Shown here piece after piece: positions 36,497 through 48,076 of a DNA stretch of 64,000 nucleotides; within the stretch, counting starts at the first letter, position 1; each line of letters begins with the position of its first letter. A program made the position numbers and the translations under genes. Under the pieces are notes generated by a model, which did not search any database, was not told the DNA's origin, and worked only from the letters and a program-made list of their open reading frames with translations. The stretch comes from Bacteroidota bacterium (lineage in GTDB: Bacteria > Bacteroidota > Bacteroidia > UKL13-3), in the NCBI GenBank assembly GCA_947453415.1, contig CANGGG010000001.1:29504-93503 (forward strand). Reading direction: 5' to 3'.

Positions 36497-37388
36497 AACG
36501 TTCATTTACAAAATTTTTGATTTTTTGAAGCTCATTCGCTACAAAAACATTTTAATCATTTCCATTACTCAAATTTTAAGCTACTATTTTCTTTCTCCAT
36601 TAATTGTTATTGATAATATTTTATCAAATAGGTTTTTATTATTAATTAGTGCTACTTTTTTATCGGCAGCGGCAGGCTATATTATTAATGATTACATGGA
36701 TGTTAAATTGGATATGGTTAATAAACCAAAAGCAGTAATAATTGGAAGAAGTATTAGCAGGCGTTGGGCTATTTTACTGCATGCTGGTTTCAATATTTTT
36801 GCCATTTTTTTGGCTTGGCAAATTTCTTATAGGGTTGCAGGTTTGGTATTTACTTGCTCTCTAGTGCTTTGGATGTATTCTCAATATTTTAAAAAAAGTT
36901 ATTTGTTAGGTAATTTATTAGTTGCATTAATGACAGCTTCTACTATTTTCATACTTATTCCTTTTGACGAAAACACCAATGTTTATGCATGTATAGCTTA
37001 TTCACTTTTTGCTTTTTTTAGTAATTTAATTCGTGAAATAATAAAAGATACTGAAGATATGCGTGGCGATTCAAAATTTAATGCTAAAACTTTGCCTATA
37101 AAATTGGGTATTCGAAAAACTAAAACCATACTAAATTATCTACAAATTATTTTTATTGCATCTTGTATTTTCTTAGTTTATTTATTCCCAATAATAAGTT
37201 CTACCAATTATCATTATTTTATTTGGTTTTGTATTTATATGTTGGCATTGGTTATCATACCATCCATTTATTCTTTATATCTAATTTGGAATGCCGACAC
37301 AAAAAAGCATTTCACTAAACTCAGTTTCATTTCAAAACTAATCATGATTTTTGGTGTTATTAGTATGATATTTTGGAGAATTTTATAA
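36468..37388 (+). CDS. UbiA-family prenyltransferase
   Basis: NDYMDVKLD (NDxxDxxxD) and a second Asp-rich motif REIIKDTEDMRGD. About 8-9 TM segments. GTG start per the ORF track, overlapping the upstream gene by 29 nt. Confidence 0.8.
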   Translation: MAELPKLETKTFIYKIFDFLKLIRYKNILIISITQILSYYFLSPLIVIDNILSNRFLLLISATFLSAAAGYIINDYMDVKLDMVNKPKAVIIGRSISRRWAILLHAGFNIFAIFLAWQISYRVAGLVFTCSLVLWMYSQYFKKSYLLGNLLVALMTASTIFILIPFDENTNVYACIAYSLFAFFSNLIREIIKDTEDMRGDSKFNAKTLPIKLGIRKTKTILNYLQIIFIASCIFLVYLFPIISSTNYHYFIWFCIYMLALVIIPSIYSLYLIWNADTKKHFTKLSFISKLIMIFGVISMIFWRIL

Positions 37389-37490
37389 GCTTAAATCACT
37401 AACAATTTTGATTCTAATCAGCCCAATACAAATGTTTTTAAGTTGTTTACCTTTTTTCAAATTCTATTTTTGCAACCTAATTTAAAATAA

Positions 37491-38222
37491 ATGCCTATTT
37501 TAGTATTCTTTCTTGGTCATTGGTACCTTTCCTTATTTTCTCAAACATTTTATTTGCATCGTTATGCTGCCCATAAAATGTTTACAATGAATAAATTTTG
37601 GGAAAAATTCTTTTATGTTTTAACCTATATCACACAAGGTGCATCATACTTAACACCACGACCTTATGCCATAATGCATAGAATGCATCATGCATATAGT
37701 GATACCGAAAAAGATCCACATTCACCACATTTTTTCAAAGAAGTGGTAACCATGATGAAATATACTTATAAAATATTTAGTGGTATACATACCAATCAAT
37801 TCAAATTTGATGAAAAGTTTGACCGAAACTTTCCCGAATGTAAAACAATTGATTGGATGGCTAATACTTGGACCAGCAGACTTTTATTTGGAACTGGGTA
37901 TGTTTTGTTTTATGTAAATTTTGCTACCAATCCTTTAATGTATTTATTGTTGCCAATACATTTTTTAATGAGTCCCGTTCATGGTGCTATCGTAAATTGG
38001 GCTGGACATAAATATGGTTACAGGAACTTTAATGAAAACGATTATTCTAAAAACACATTAGTTTTTGACTTTTTAATGCTCGGTGAATTATTTCAAAACA
38101 ATCATCATCATGCAGGAGCAAGAGCAAATTTTGCTGCAAAATGGTGGGAAATAGATCCGGTTTATCCCTTAATTATTTTATTGGATAAAGTAAAAATTAT
38201 TAGATTAGTTAGGAATAAATAG
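37491..38222 (+). CDS. Membrane fatty-acid (acyl-CoA/acyl-lipid) desaturase
   Basis: Three His boxes: HRYAAHK, HRMHHAYSD, NNHHHAG. Confidence 0.85.
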   Translation: MPILVFFLGHWYLSLFSQTFYLHRYAAHKMFTMNKFWEKFFYVLTYITQGASYLTPRPYAIMHRMHHAYSDTEKDPHSPHFFKEVVTMMKYTYKIFSGIHTNQFKFDEKFDRNFPECKTIDWMANTWTSRLLFGTGYVLFYVNFATNPLMYLLLPIHFLMSPVHGAIVNWAGHKYGYRNFNENDYSKNTLVFDFLMLGELFQNNHHHAGARANFAAKWWEIDPVYPLIILLDKVKIIRLVRNK

Positions 38223-38227
38223 AATTA

Positions 38228-38917
38228 TTAGGCTTTTGAACTTATCTTTTCATTTATTAATTTTAAAATAAGTTCTAATTGTTGTTGGTGATTAATATTG
38301 CTATTATCTAATTCAATGGCATCGTTTGCTTTCATTAATGGTGAATCATCCCTATGGGAATCAATATAATCGCGCTTTGTTAAGTTAGCCAAAACTTCTT
38401 CAAAAGTAGTTCCTTTACCTTTACTTTTTAGTTCATCATATCTTCGTTGTGCACGAATATTTGGCTCAGCAGTAATAAATAATTTTAATTCAGCATCAGG
38501 AAATACAACGGTTCCTATGTCTCTTCCGTCCATAATAATGGCTTTTTCTATGCCAAATTGTTGTTGTTGTTTTACTAAAAATCTTCGTACTTCACTGATA
38601 GAACTTACATCGCTCACAAAACCTGCAACTCTTGGATTCACCCTAATTTCTTCTTCAATATTTTCATTATTTAAAAATGTTTCTTGAATTTGAGTTTGCT
38701 CATCAATTTTAAATGAAATATTGATTTTGGAAAGAGCTGAATTTACTTCATCAATATTTTTAAAGTCCACATTGTTTTGAATAAAATATAAAGTTACAGC
38801 TCGGTACATGGCACCGGTATCAACGTATTTATATAATAATATTTTAGATAATTCTTTAGCAATTGTACTTTTTCCACACGATGAATATCCATCAATTGCA
38901 ATGATAATTGGCTTCAT
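38228..38917 (-). CDS. cmk: Cytidylate kinase
   Basis: P-loop IAIDGYSSCGKST and a length and layout typical of Cmk. Confidence 0.9.
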   Translation of the reverse strand: MKPIIIAIDGYSSCGKSTIAKELSKILLYKYVDTGAMYRAVTLYFIQNNVDFKNIDEVNSALSKINISFKIDEQTQIQETFLNNENIEEEIRVNPRVAGFVSDVSSISEVRRFLVKQQQQFGIEKAIIMDGRDIGTVVFPDAELKLFITAEPNIRAQRRYDELKSKGKGTTFEEVLANLTKRDYIDSHRDDSPLMKANDAIELDNSNINHQQQLELILKLINEKISSKA

Positions 38918-39957
38918 TAATTTTTCTTTTTATAAAACTCTTGCAAGTTAGCAATTATTGAGAAATGATTGGTAGCGTTTCCAGCATAAATAGATGCACT
39001 TCCATAAGAAAACATGTATTTTTTTACTTTTAAACCAAAACCCCAACTAAAACCTGCCCAACTTCTAGAATCAGGAATTGTCAATTCACGCCTTCTTAAA
39101 TCGTTGTATCCAAATCTTAAATGAAAACCCTGTCCAAATAACAATTCTGTATTTATAATTAAGTGACTCATTAAATAATTGATAGAAGTAAAATCTTCTT
39201 GAATTGGTAATCCGGTTGACAAATCTATATTCCTATTATTTTTTGTTTCATTTTGATAAAGCAATGTACCTAATTTTTGTAAATCATGTGCTATAATTGA
39301 AATTCTAAGTGGATTATGAGCAAACTTTTTACTGTAACCAATTTGAAAATTCATGGGATACATTTGTCTTTCAGATCCAGTAAATGTAGTTATTTGATAT
39401 CCTAAATTATTAATAACAGCTGTAAAAACCGATAAACTATCTTCGCTTTTATAACTAGCGCCAACATCGGCAGCCATACCAACACTTGAGTAAGTTTCTA
39501 ATACCGAGTATACAAATTTTGCGGTAGCACCAATATTCCATTTATTCATTATTCTGGAAGTTGATATATGCATGGCAAATTCATTTGCAGCCGGAGAGCC
39601 CGTATTTATATTATTGATATCCTTTCCATCAAAAGTTCCGTAATTAATATACTGAACGCCTAACATGAGCGGACCAGCTCTTTTTGAATTAAATACGTAA
39701 CCAAAATAACCTGAACCAATATCTGCTAAATAGTTTTGATAATTAATCGTTAGTTTTTTATCCATATTTGCAGTTAATAACGAAGGATTATTTATGACTA
39801 AACTTGCATCGTTATCGTGCGTTGCAATGGCGCTACCGCCTAATGCTGCAATTCTGGCATTGGAATAATTGTTTAAAAATCCAAAAGGAACATAACCGCC
39901 AATTTGGGCTTTAGCAACTGTTGAAAATAAAAGGAAAAAAGTAACTATTTTATTCAT
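38917..39957 (-). CDS. porQ: Type IX secretion system outer-membrane beta-barrel protein, PorQ-like
   Basis: Signal peptide, then ...FLNNYSNARIAALGGSAIATHDNDASLVINNPSLL, the N-terminal signature I associate with the PorQ/PorV-type FadL-like barrels. Beta-barrel character throughout. 1-nt overlap with cmk. Confidence 0.55.
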   Translation of the reverse strand: MNKIVTFFLLFSTVAKAQIGGYVPFGFLNNYSNARIAALGGSAIATHDNDASLVINNPSLLTANMDKKLTINYQNYLADIGSGYFGYVFNSKRAGPLMLGVQYINYGTFDGKDINNINTGSPAANEFAMHISTSRIMNKWNIGATAKFVYSVLETYSSVGMAADVGASYKSEDSLSVFTAVINNLGYQITTFTGSERQMYPMNFQIGYSKKFAHNPLRISIIAHDLQKLGTLLYQNETKNNRNIDLSTGLPIQEDFTSINYLMSHLIINTELLFGQGFHLRFGYNDLRRRELTIPDSRSWAGFSWGFGLKVKKYMFSYGSASIYAGNATNHFSIIANLQEFYKKKN

Positions 39958-40164
39958 TAAACAATTCGATTTTGAAAAAACTCACGTAAACATTAAACTG
40001 CTTAAACGAAATTTGTTTGTTTTTATTGTTACAATAATAAGATAGATTTTAAGAAAAAAACTATTTTTTTTCAAAATAGAAAATATGACTTTACAATTCC
40101 TTATTATTGCGTTTTAAAACTATAAAAATATTTATAAAACAAATACCCCTTTAACTTTAAAAAT

Positions 40165-41565
40165 ATGTTTGGATTAGACCCTACCTTAACGTTCCTGTTA
40201 ATAGTTTGTTTAACAGCTGCCTGCGCATTTGAATTCATAAATGGCTTTCACGACACTGCAAATGCAGTAGCTACAGTAATTTACACCAATTCATTAAAAC
40301 CATGGGTGGCTGTAATTTGGAGTGGAATTTGGAACAGTGTTGGAGTATTTGCTGGCGGTATAACAGTAGCAATGGGAATTAGTTATCTAATACCTGTAGA
40401 AATTTTAGCGGATCAGAATATTTATCACAGCGTGGCGCTAATAATGTCGTTACTAATTACTGCCATTGTTTGGAATTTAGGCACTTGGTATTTTGGAATT
40501 CCTTGTTCTAGCTCACATACCTTAGTAGGCAGTATTTTAGGTGTGGGATTAGCTTATTCTTTTATTGCAGAAAAAACAGGCAATTATGTAAACTGGAGCA
40601 AAGCCAGTGATATTGGTTTAAGTTTATTGGTATCGCCCATTGTAGGATTTAGCCTAACTATTTTAATTATGTATTTACTAAGGGTAAGTATAAAAAACAA
40701 ATCAATTTTTAAAGCACCAAAAACCAATGATCCACCTCCATTTATGATAAGAATGGTTTTATTGTTAACTTGTACAGGTGTAAGTTATAGCCATGGAAGT
40801 AATGATGGACAAAAAGGAATTGGCTTAGTAATGTTAATTTTGGTTGCAATAGCTCCAAGTTATTTTGCATTGAATCCAAATGTAAATTTACCTAAGGTTA
40901 AACAAGAAATTACTATGGTTGATTCAATTTTAAATAAAACAATTGCAACACATATATCTAAAGAAGATAGTTTGGAAGTAGCTAAAGTAATTACAATTTC
41001 TAATAAAGTAAATAAAATTATTTGTTCAAAACAATTAGATAGTTTGAATGTAGCAGAAAAGTTCGAAGTTAGACAAGGTACTATTAAATTAGGTAAGGAA
41101 ATTGAAAAGCTTAGAAAAAGTAAAACTATTGCATTAAGCGAAGCAGATAAATCAAGTTTGAAAGCTTCGGTAACAGATGTTAAAACAATAACTGAATATT
41201 CTCCAAGTTGGGTAATATTAATGATTTCAATTTCATTAGGATTAGGAACCATGATAGGTTGGAAACGAATAGTTAAAACCATTGGTGAAAAAATTGGTAA
41301 ACAACATTTAAATTATGCGCAGGGTGCTTCTAGTGAATTAGTAGCAGCCGCAACTATTGGAATGGCAACTGCATTTGGCTTACCTGTTAGTACTACTCAA
41401 GTACTTTCATCGGGAATTGCAGGTAGTATGGTGGCAACTAAAGGAGTTAAAAATTTACAAGGTGGTACCATAAGAAATATTGCAATTGCATGGATTTTGA
41501 CCTTGCCTGTTACAATTGTTTTGTCAGGTTTATTGTTTATATTATTCAGAGCATTGGCAGGATAA
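40165..41565 (+). CDS. Inorganic phosphate transporter, PiT family
   Basis: GFHDTANAVAT and GSNDGQK signature motifs, with a large central hydrophilic loop. Confidence 0.9.
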   Translation: MFGLDPTLTFLLIVCLTAACAFEFINGFHDTANAVATVIYTNSLKPWVAVIWSGIWNSVGVFAGGITVAMGISYLIPVEILADQNIYHSVALIMSLLITAIVWNLGTWYFGIPCSSSHTLVGSILGVGLAYSFIAEKTGNYVNWSKASDIGLSLLVSPIVGFSLTILIMYLLRVSIKNKSIFKAPKTNDPPPFMIRMVLLLTCTGVSYSHGSNDGQKGIGLVMLILVAIAPSYFALNPNVNLPKVKQEITMVDSILNKTIATHISKEDSLEVAKVITISNKVNKIICSKQLDSLNVAEKFEVRQGTIKLGKEIEKLRKSKTIALSEADKSSLKASVTDVKTITEYSPSWVILMISISLGLGTMIGWKRIVKTIGEKIGKQHLNYAQGASSELVAAATIGMATAFGLPVSTTQVLSSGIAGSMVATKGVKNLQGGTIRNIAIAWILTLPVTIVLSGLLFILFRALAG

Positions 41566-41592
41566 TTTTATTATAAATTATTATTACAAAAA

Positions 41593-41622
41593 GCACTTTC
41601 CTTAAAGAAAGTGCTTTTTTGT
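41593..41622 (+). terminator. Rho-independent terminator after the PiT gene
   Basis: AGCACTTTC-CTTAAA-GAAAGTGCT followed by TTTTTT. Confidence 0.8.
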
Positions 41623-41941
41623 TTTATGTCTATTTTACTGTATATTGAAATAGTTTTATAAAAAACAAATACCTTGATTATTTGTTGAAAATTAAATATT
41701 AGCATGCATCAAAAGCCTATCATTATTAGGTTTAACCACGATATTAACATCACTGTGATTAACTTTTAAAATTTACTAAAACTCCAATTACTATTATTGT
41801 GAGGTAATAAGTAAAAGAAGTAATTAAAATAAAAACTTGAAATAGTTTTTTAAATTATTTCTTATCAATTATTATTAGGTTGTTATATAATATTTAATGA
41901 AATAAGGCATCCAAAAACTAATAATTAAAACAATAAATTAA

Positions 41942-42913
41942 ATGCAAAATCAAGATGAGTTATTATTGAGAGAAAACAAAGATCGTTTTGTTTTACTTCC
42001 AATTAATTATCCCAAGGTATGGGAACTTTATAAAAAACATGAAGCAAGTTTTTGGACTGCAGAAGAAATTGATTTAAGCGATGATTTAAAAGATTGGGCT
42101 AAGTTAAATGACGGTGAGCGTCATTTCATTTCTCATATTCTTGCTTTTTTTGCTGCTAGTGATGGAATTGTAAATGAAAACCTTGCTGTAAATTTTATGC
42201 GAGAGGTACAATTACCCGAGGCAAGATGTTACTATGGTTTTCAAATAATGATGGAAAATATTCATAGTGAAACATATGCTTTATTAATTGATACTTATAT
42301 TAACGATCCAAAAGAAAAAGACCGTTTGTTTCACGCAATAGAAACAGTTCCTGCCGTAAAAAAGAAAGCGGAGTGGGCCTTACGTTGGATTGAAAATGGA
42401 ACATTTGCACAACGTTTAGTAGCTTTTGCCGCAGTAGAAGGAATATTCTTTAGCGGTAGCTTTTGTTCAATTTTTTGGATGAAAAAACGTGGGCTTTTAC
42501 CTGGACTTACTTTCAGTAATGAACTAATAAGCAGAGATGAAGGATTACATTGTGAATTTGCTTGTTTGCTTTATAGCATGTTAAGTAATCAATTAACAGA
42601 AGCTGAAGTTCATACTATTATTGGCGATGCTGTAACAATAGAAAAAGAATTTGTTTCAGAAGCGTTGCCAGTTGATTTGATTGGAATGAATGCCAAATTG
42701 ATGCAACAATATATAGAATTTGTAGCCGACAGATGGATAGCAGAATTAGGTTATAAAAAAATATATAATGCCACCAATCCGTTTGACTTTATGGAAATGA
42801 TTTCATTGCAAGGCAAAACTAATTTCTTTGAAAAGAGAGTAGGTGATTATCAAAAAGCTGGTGTAATGGGAGGAAAAGAATCACATGCATTTTCTCTTGA
42901 GGAAGACTTTTAA
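41942..42913 (+). CDS. nrdB: Class Ia ribonucleotide reductase beta subunit
   Basis: [16 protein letters not shown]...[23 protein letters not shown] and the di-iron ligand pattern (ENIHSETY..., SRDEGLH). Confidence 0.95.
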   Translation: MQNQDELLLRENKDRFVLLPINYPKVWELYKKHEASFWTAEEIDLSDDLKDWAKLNDGERHFISHILAFFAASDGIVNENLAVNFMREVQLPEARCYYGFQIMMENIHSETYALLIDTYINDPKEKDRLFHAIETVPAVKKKAEWALRWIENGTFAQRLVAFAAVEGIFFSGSFCSIFWMKKRGLLPGLTFSNELISRDEGLHCEFACLLYSMLSNQLTEAEVHTIIGDAVTIEKEFVSEALPVDLIGMNAKLMQQYIEFVADRWIAELGYKKIYNATNPFDFMEMISLQGKTNFFEKRVGDYQKAGVMGGKESHAFSLEEDF

Positions 42914-43023
42914 GAATTTGTGAAAGTATACAAAGAATGTATTAGGTAAAGCATTGCAGATTTAAAAAAAATAAAAAATAAATAAAATAACAGAATTATA
43001 AGCTAAGAATTTTTTCATTAAAT

Positions 43024-43062
43024 TAATTCGTAATTCATAATTCATAATTCATAATTCATAAT
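43024..43062. repeat. Tandem heptamer (TAATTCA) x ~5.5 abutting the nrdA start codon
   Basis: TAATTCG TAATTCA TAATTCA TAATTCA TAATTCA TAAT-ATG, read directly. Confidence 0.9.
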
Positions 43063-45477
43063 ATGTTTGTATTAAAAAGAAACGGTAAAAGAGAAAGTGT
43101 TAAGTTTGATAAGGTAACTGCTCGCATTGAAAAATTGAGTTACAGTTTAAGTTCGTTAATTGACCCAATTGATGTGGCTAAAAAAGTAGTTCAAGGAATA
43201 TATGATGGCGTACCTACAACTGAACTAGATAATTTAGCGGCTGAAACTGCAGCTTCATTAACTACCAAGCATCCTGATTACGCTCTTTTGGCAAGTAGAA
43301 TTGCAATTAGCAATTTACATAAAAATACCATGAAGTCTTTTTCGGAAACAATGGAAAAACTGTATAACTACACCGATATAGGAAGTGGTAAAAGAACACC
43401 GTTATTAGCCGAAGATGTGTATGAAATTATTCAAACCAATGCTGAATTACTTGACAGTACAATCATATACGACCGTGATTTTGCTTTTGATTATTTTGGT
43501 TTTAAAACATTAGAAAAAGCATACTTATTGCGAATAGACGGTAAAGTAGCCGAACGTCCTCAACACATGTACATGCGTGTGGCAATTGGTATTCACAAAA
43601 ACGATATTGACAATGTTATAAAAACTTATAACTTAATGAGTGAACGTTGGTTTACTCATGCTACCCCTACCCTATTTAACGCGGGTTCACCAAAACCACA
43701 AATGAGTAGTTGCTTTTTGTTAACCATGAAAGATGATAGCATTGAAGGCATTTACGATACGTTGAAGCAAACTGCAAAAATATCGCAAAGTGCTGGCGGA
43801 ATTGGATTAGCTATTCATAATATTAGAGCAACTGGAAGTTATATTGGTGGAACAAACGGAACCAGTAATGGAATTGTTCCTATGTTACGTGTGTTCAATG
43901 ATACTGCTCGTTATGTAGATCAAGGAGGCGGAAAACGTAAAGGTGCTTTTGCAATTTATTTAGAGCCTTGGCATGCTGATGTTTTTGCATTTTTGGACTT
44001 ACGTAAAAACCATGGTAAAGAGGAAATGCGCGCACGTGATTTGTTTTATGCATTGTGGATTTGCGATTTGTTCATGAAACGCGTGGAGGACAATGGTGAA
44101 TGGAGTTTATTTTGTCCTAATGAAGCACCTGGATTAAGTGAATGTTGGGGCGAAGAATTTGAAACCCTTTACACCAAATATGAAGCTGAAGGAAAAGCTC
44201 GCAGAACTATTAAAGCGCAGGATTTATGGTTTGCTATCATGGAATCGCAAATAGAAACTGGAACGCCTTACATGCTATATAAAGATGCTGCAAACCGCAA
44301 GAGCAATCAACAGAATTTAGGGACTATAAAAAGCAGTAATTTATGTACTGAAATTATGGAGTATACTAGTCCTGATGAAGTAGCAGTTTGTAACTTAGCA
44401 TCAATTGCATTACCTCGATTTGTAATTGATGGTAAGTTTGACCATCAAAAATTATATGATGTAACTTATCAAGTAACGCTAAATTTAAATAAAATAATTG
44501 ACAACAATTATTACCCAGTAGAAGAAGCAAGAAATTCAAATTTAAGACATCGTCCTATTGGTTTAGGAATTCAAGGTTTAGCCGATGTGTTTATTATGTT
44601 ACGCATGCCTTTTGAAAGCGATGCCGCAAAAGAATTGAATAAAAATATTTTTGAAACCATCTATTTTTCAGCCATGACGGCTAGTAAAGATATTGCAAAA
44701 AGAGAAGGTGCTTATCAAACATTTAAAGGTTCTCCTTTATCAAAAGGAATTTTCCAATTTGATATGTGGGATGTAAGTGCTACTGAAAACTGGAATTGGG
44801 AAGCATTACGCGCAGAAGTTATTGAGCATGGTGTTAGAAACTCATTATTAGTTGCGCCTATGCCAACAGCATCTACATCGCAAATATTAGGTAATAACGA
44901 ATGTTTTGAACCTTACACATCTAATATTTATACTCGCAGGGTATTAAGTGGAGAGTTTGTAGTAGTAAACAAACATTTGTTAAAGGACTTAGTTCAACTA
45001 GGTCTTTGGACCAATGACATGAAGAATAAAATTATTGCGAATAATGGTTCCGTTCAAAACATTCATGAAATACCAGAAAATTTAAAAGAATTATACAAAA
45101 CAGTTTGGGAAATTAAACAACGTAATTTAATTGACATGGCAGCAGATAGAGGTGCTTATATCTGTCAATCGCAATCGTTGAACTTATTTGTAGATAGCCC
45201 AAATACATCAAAACTAACTTCTATGCATTTTTATGCTTGGAAAAAAGGATTGAAAACAGGTATGTATTATTTACGCTCACAAGCTGCCACACAAGCAGTT
45301 CAGTTTACCATTGAAAAACAAGGCACAAACGACATGCAGCCTTTGGTTCCGGTTATTGAAAATTTACCAATAGTAAATACAAATATGCCTATTGGTAATA
45401 ATGTAGATGAAATAACAACTGACTTTACTGGACAAACTTGTACCATGGAAGAAGGTTGTGTTACTTGCAGTGCTTAA
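43063..45477 (+). CDS. nrdA: Class Ia ribonucleotide reductase alpha subunit
   Basis: ATP-cone ([20 protein letters not shown]), active-site SSNLCTEI, C-terminal redox Cys pair ...CVTCSA. Confidence 0.95.
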   Translation: MFVLKRNGKRESVKFDKVTARIEKLSYSLSSLIDPIDVAKKVVQGIYDGVPTTELDNLAAETAASLTTKHPDYALLASRIAISNLHKNTMKSFSETMEKLYNYTDIGSGKRTPLLAEDVYEIIQTNAELLDSTIIYDRDFAFDYFGFKTLEKAYLLRIDGKVAERPQHMYMRVAIGIHKNDIDNVIKTYNLMSERWFTHATPTLFNAGSPKPQMSSCFLLTMKDDSIEGIYDTLKQTAKISQSAGGIGLAIHNIRATGSYIGGTNGTSNGIVPMLRVFNDTARYVDQGGGKRKGAFAIYLEPWHADVFAFLDLRKNHGKEEMRARDLFYALWICDLFMKRVEDNGEWSLFCPNEAPGLSECWGEEFETLYTKYEAEGKARRTIKAQDLWFAIMESQIETGTPYMLYKDAANRKSNQQNLGTIKSSNLCTEIMEYTSPDEVAVCNLASIALPRFVIDGKFDHQKLYDVTYQVTLNLNKIIDNNYYPVEEARNSNLRHRPIGLGIQGLADVFIMLRMPFESDAAKELNKNIFETIYFSAMTASKDIAKREGAYQTFKGSPLSKGIFQFDMWDVSATENWNWEALRAEVIEHGVRNSLLVAPMPTASTSQILGNNECFEPYTSNIYTRRVLSGEFVVVNKHLLKDLVQLGLWTNDMKNKIIANNGSVQNIHEIPENLKELYKTVWEIKQRNLIDMAADRGAYICQSQSLNLFVDSPNTSKLTSMHFYAWKKGLKTGMYYLRSQAATQAVQFTIEKQGTNDMQPLVPVIENLPIVNTNMPIGNNVDEITTDFTGQTCTMEEGCVTCSA

Positions 45478-45484
45478 GTTTTTG

Positions 45485-45520
45485 GTTGATTGGTTGATTG
45501 GTTAATTGGTTGATTGATTA
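45485..45520. repeat. Tandem octamer (GGTTGATT) x ~4 just after the nrdA stop
   Basis: GGTTGATTGGTTGATTGGTTAATTGGTTGATTGATT. Confidence 0.85.
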
Positions 45521-45589
45521 AAAGATTACTGAAACGTCATGCTGGAAGCATCCGCTTTCCTTGCTAGCCATCATAGAATTACAAAAAAA

Positions 45590-45625
45590 AATCCCGCTAA
45601 CAGTTTGTTTTCGGGATTTTTTTTT
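45590..45625. terminator. Bidirectional terminator between nrdA and the convergent cupin gene
   Basis: AATCCCG...CGGGATT stem, with an A-run before it and a T-run (45617-45625) after it. Confidence 0.7.
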
Positions 45626-45678
45626 AATAATTTGAAAAAAAAAAATTATAACTTATCCAAAATACTATTGATAACAAA

Positions 45679-46179
45679 TCAATAAGTCATTTCGCTAATC
45701 AAATTAACAAAAGCAGGAAAAGCTTGGCAAAGTTCATTTTTGTTGGCTAATTCAAAATCGGCAAAATCAAAACCTGGTGATACTGTGCAGCCAACTAAAC
45801 TGAATCCATTTGCTATTTCGCACCTGGAACCAAACCAGTTTCCAGCTTTGATTACACATTGAAATGTTTCGCCATTTTCCAAATCAGCTCCCAATTTATG
45901 AGTAATCAAATTGCCATTGTTTTCTATTTCATATATGGTTAAAGTTTGTCCTGCATAAAAATGCCACATTTCATCACTTAATATTTTATGAAAAGCTGAA
46001 AACTGACCAAAAGAAAGTAAAAAATAAATGGCTGTACTGGCATTTCTATTGCCTTTAAATCCTGTTGGTAAAGTTGCTTGTGGAATTACCAATTCCGAGC
46101 GATAAGTTTCGTTAAAAGCACCACCTTCAACGTGCTGGGTGAGTCCTAGTTTTTCTATATAATACTTTGCTGAATTCAT
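45679..46179 (-). CDS. Cupin-fold protein (DUF985-like)
   Basis: The N-terminal YYIEKLGLTQHVEGGAFNETYRS pattern is typical of the DUF985 cupin family. Confidence 0.65.
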   Translation of the reverse strand: MNSAKYYIEKLGLTQHVEGGAFNETYRSELVIPQATLPTGFKGNRNASTAIYFLLSFGQFSAFHKILSDEMWHFYAGQTLTIYEIENNGNLITHKLGADLENGETFQCVIKAGNWFGSRCEIANGFSLVGCTVSPGFDFADFELANKNELCQAFPAFVNLISEMTY

Positions 46180-46181
46180 TT

Positions 46182-47510
46182 TTAAATAATGATAGAAAAC
46201 ACAAAAGCCACTAATAATAAAGTGGAGAATAAATAATATTCAACTACAGGAGTGTATTCTTTAAAACGTATTCCTTCCATTTTACAATAAATAACCAATT
46301 GTATTTTTTCAACTAAAAAAGAAATAACCGTGGCATAAGCTATGCCTGTAATTCCAAATAATTGCACCAACCAAATAGCCATCACTACATTTACGATCAA
46401 AACATTGGTGGAAACCAAATAAAAGGCGCGGGTTTTAATTAAACCGGTAAGCACCGTTTGAGGGAATATCAATCGGCTAACGATTAGTAACAATGAAATA
46501 TTGAAAATTTTATATCCATCAACTAAGTCGGAATTATACAAACCAATGTACATGTATTTACTGGTAAAAAGTAAAATAATGGCCAATGGAAACAGCCAAT
46601 ACATAAGTTTTCGGCTACTGTTTTTAAGTTTGGTTAAGCCTTCTTTTAAAAGTCCTTCTTTGTTTAAATTGGCTATTTCACCACTATAAATATTACTTAA
46701 CGAATTGGCCATGATTAAAAATATGGGTAATTCTTTGGCACCATACCTGAAAACTGCAAAATCAATTTCGGTGAAATTATATTTTACAATATAGCTATTA
46801 ATATATTCCATACTACCACCCAACAATATTGAAAACATAAATGGCATTACCTTTATCATAAACTCTTGAATAAGCCTTGTATTGATGCTAATGGTAGCAT
46901 ATTTTAGCAATAAAATAATGGTGTAATTAAACTTCAGTAAAGCCAAAATAACCAATAAATTTACTGCTAAATTCAATGTTTGTTTAAAATATAGCGGCAA
47001 ACAAAGCATTAATAAATGAATCGTAAAGGTTACAATTCCCCATAGAATAAGCGATTTGTATTTTCCTTTTAAATAAAAAATATAATCAACAATAAAAGTG
47101 GGTGTATTTAAAAAAACCACTAACGAAAACATTTGAAAAAGATAAAAATCGTCTTTATAAAAAAAGTAGCCAATACATAAAGTAGCAATTCCGGCCAATA
47201 AAGAAAACACTACCATTAATGCGAAAGCATTGAATAGAATTCGCTTTTGTTTATCAATATTGCTTGCATAAAAAAATGGAACTAAAGTATTACAAATACT
47301 AGAAACCCAAAAAAAAGTTAGGCTGGAACTTACTACCATTAATAGTTCGTAACGACTAATAATATTGGCGGTTCCAAAACCTGGGTTAAATTTATAAAAA
47401 GCAATTTTAGCAAGTAGAATAGAAATTAAAAAGAAACTTCCATAACGCAAAAACTGATAAATTTGAAGCGAATTATATTTGGTTAACTGTAATTTTTGAA
47501 TTTTTATCAC
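46182..47510 (-). CDS. Polysaccharide/oligosaccharide flippase-like polytopic membrane protein (MOP/Wzx-like)
   Basis: 442 aa and ~12-14 hydrophobic segments. No catalytic motif recognised. Confidence 0.5.
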   Translation of the reverse strand: MIKIQKLQLTKYNSLQIYQFLRYGSFFLISILLAKIAFYKFNPGFGTANIISRYELLMVVSSSLTFFWVSSICNTLVPFFYASNIDKQKRILFNAFALMVVFSLLAGIATLCIGYFFYKDDFYLFQMFSLVVFLNTPTFIVDYIFYLKGKYKSLILWGIVTFTIHLLMLCLPLYFKQTLNLAVNLLVILALLKFNYTIILLLKYATISINTRLIQEFMIKVMPFMFSILLGGSMEYINSYIVKYNFTEIDFAVFRYGAKELPIFLIMANSLSNIYSGEIANLNKEGLLKEGLTKLKNSSRKLMYWLFPLAIILLFTSKYMYIGLYNSDLVDGYKIFNISLLLIVSRLIFPQTVLTGLIKTRAFYLVSTNVLIVNVVMAIWLVQLFGITGIAYATVISFLVEKIQLVIYCKMEGIRFKEYTPVVEYYLFSTLLLVAFVFSIII

Positions 47511-48068
47511 TATGCTTGTTCGAGCAAAATATTGCCATCTTTATTAACCCAATTAAGAATATAAAAAATATACCTTAATCTTTTTATTTCTGTTGTTGGT
47601 TTATTTTATTTTTAAATAGAAATAGAAAGCAAAAACCTATACTAAGGCAAACTATCAATTCGCAATTGACGGTATTTGATTTTTTATTTTTACCATTTTG
47701 TCCTCAAACATATTAATAAATGTTTTAAATGCAAAGTTAAACCTATTACTCCAATTTGTAAGCAAATAAAATCATATCAATATTAGAAAAATAATATGAT
47801 TAACAATTGACCTTTGTATAATTTGTACTTTTTGACAATACAATTTCCAAAAGGTTGATTAGTTCAATAAAATTTTGAGTTTATTTGTTTTCATAAAGCC
47901 ATCAAAACAATAAATTTAAAAAGTAATTTTATAACGTAGAAATGTAATAAAAAATTAATTAATTTACTGCAAAATCTATTATTTATATGCTATAATTATA
48001 CTAGAAGGAAATATTTTTAATAATAAAATTGAAAATAATGTTTGAAAAACAATTCAAAAATCTTTGTT

Positions 48069-48076
48069 TACATTTG
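48069..48076 (+). promoter_or_regulatory. Candidate -7 box (TACATTTG = TAnnTTTG) for the 48138 gene
   Basis: Exact match to the Bacteroidetes -7 consensus, ~60 nt upstream of the ATG. No well-spaced -33 TTG was found. Confidence 0.3.

Noticed and set aside
41625-41941. NrdR-box or riboswitch-like regulator upstream of nrdB.
   Set aside because: I found only a short palindrome (ATCAC-T-GTGAT) and weak AT-rich hairpins. There is no pair of 16-bp NrdR-type boxes and no conserved riboswitch core I could recognise by eye. A motif scan would be needed to settle this.
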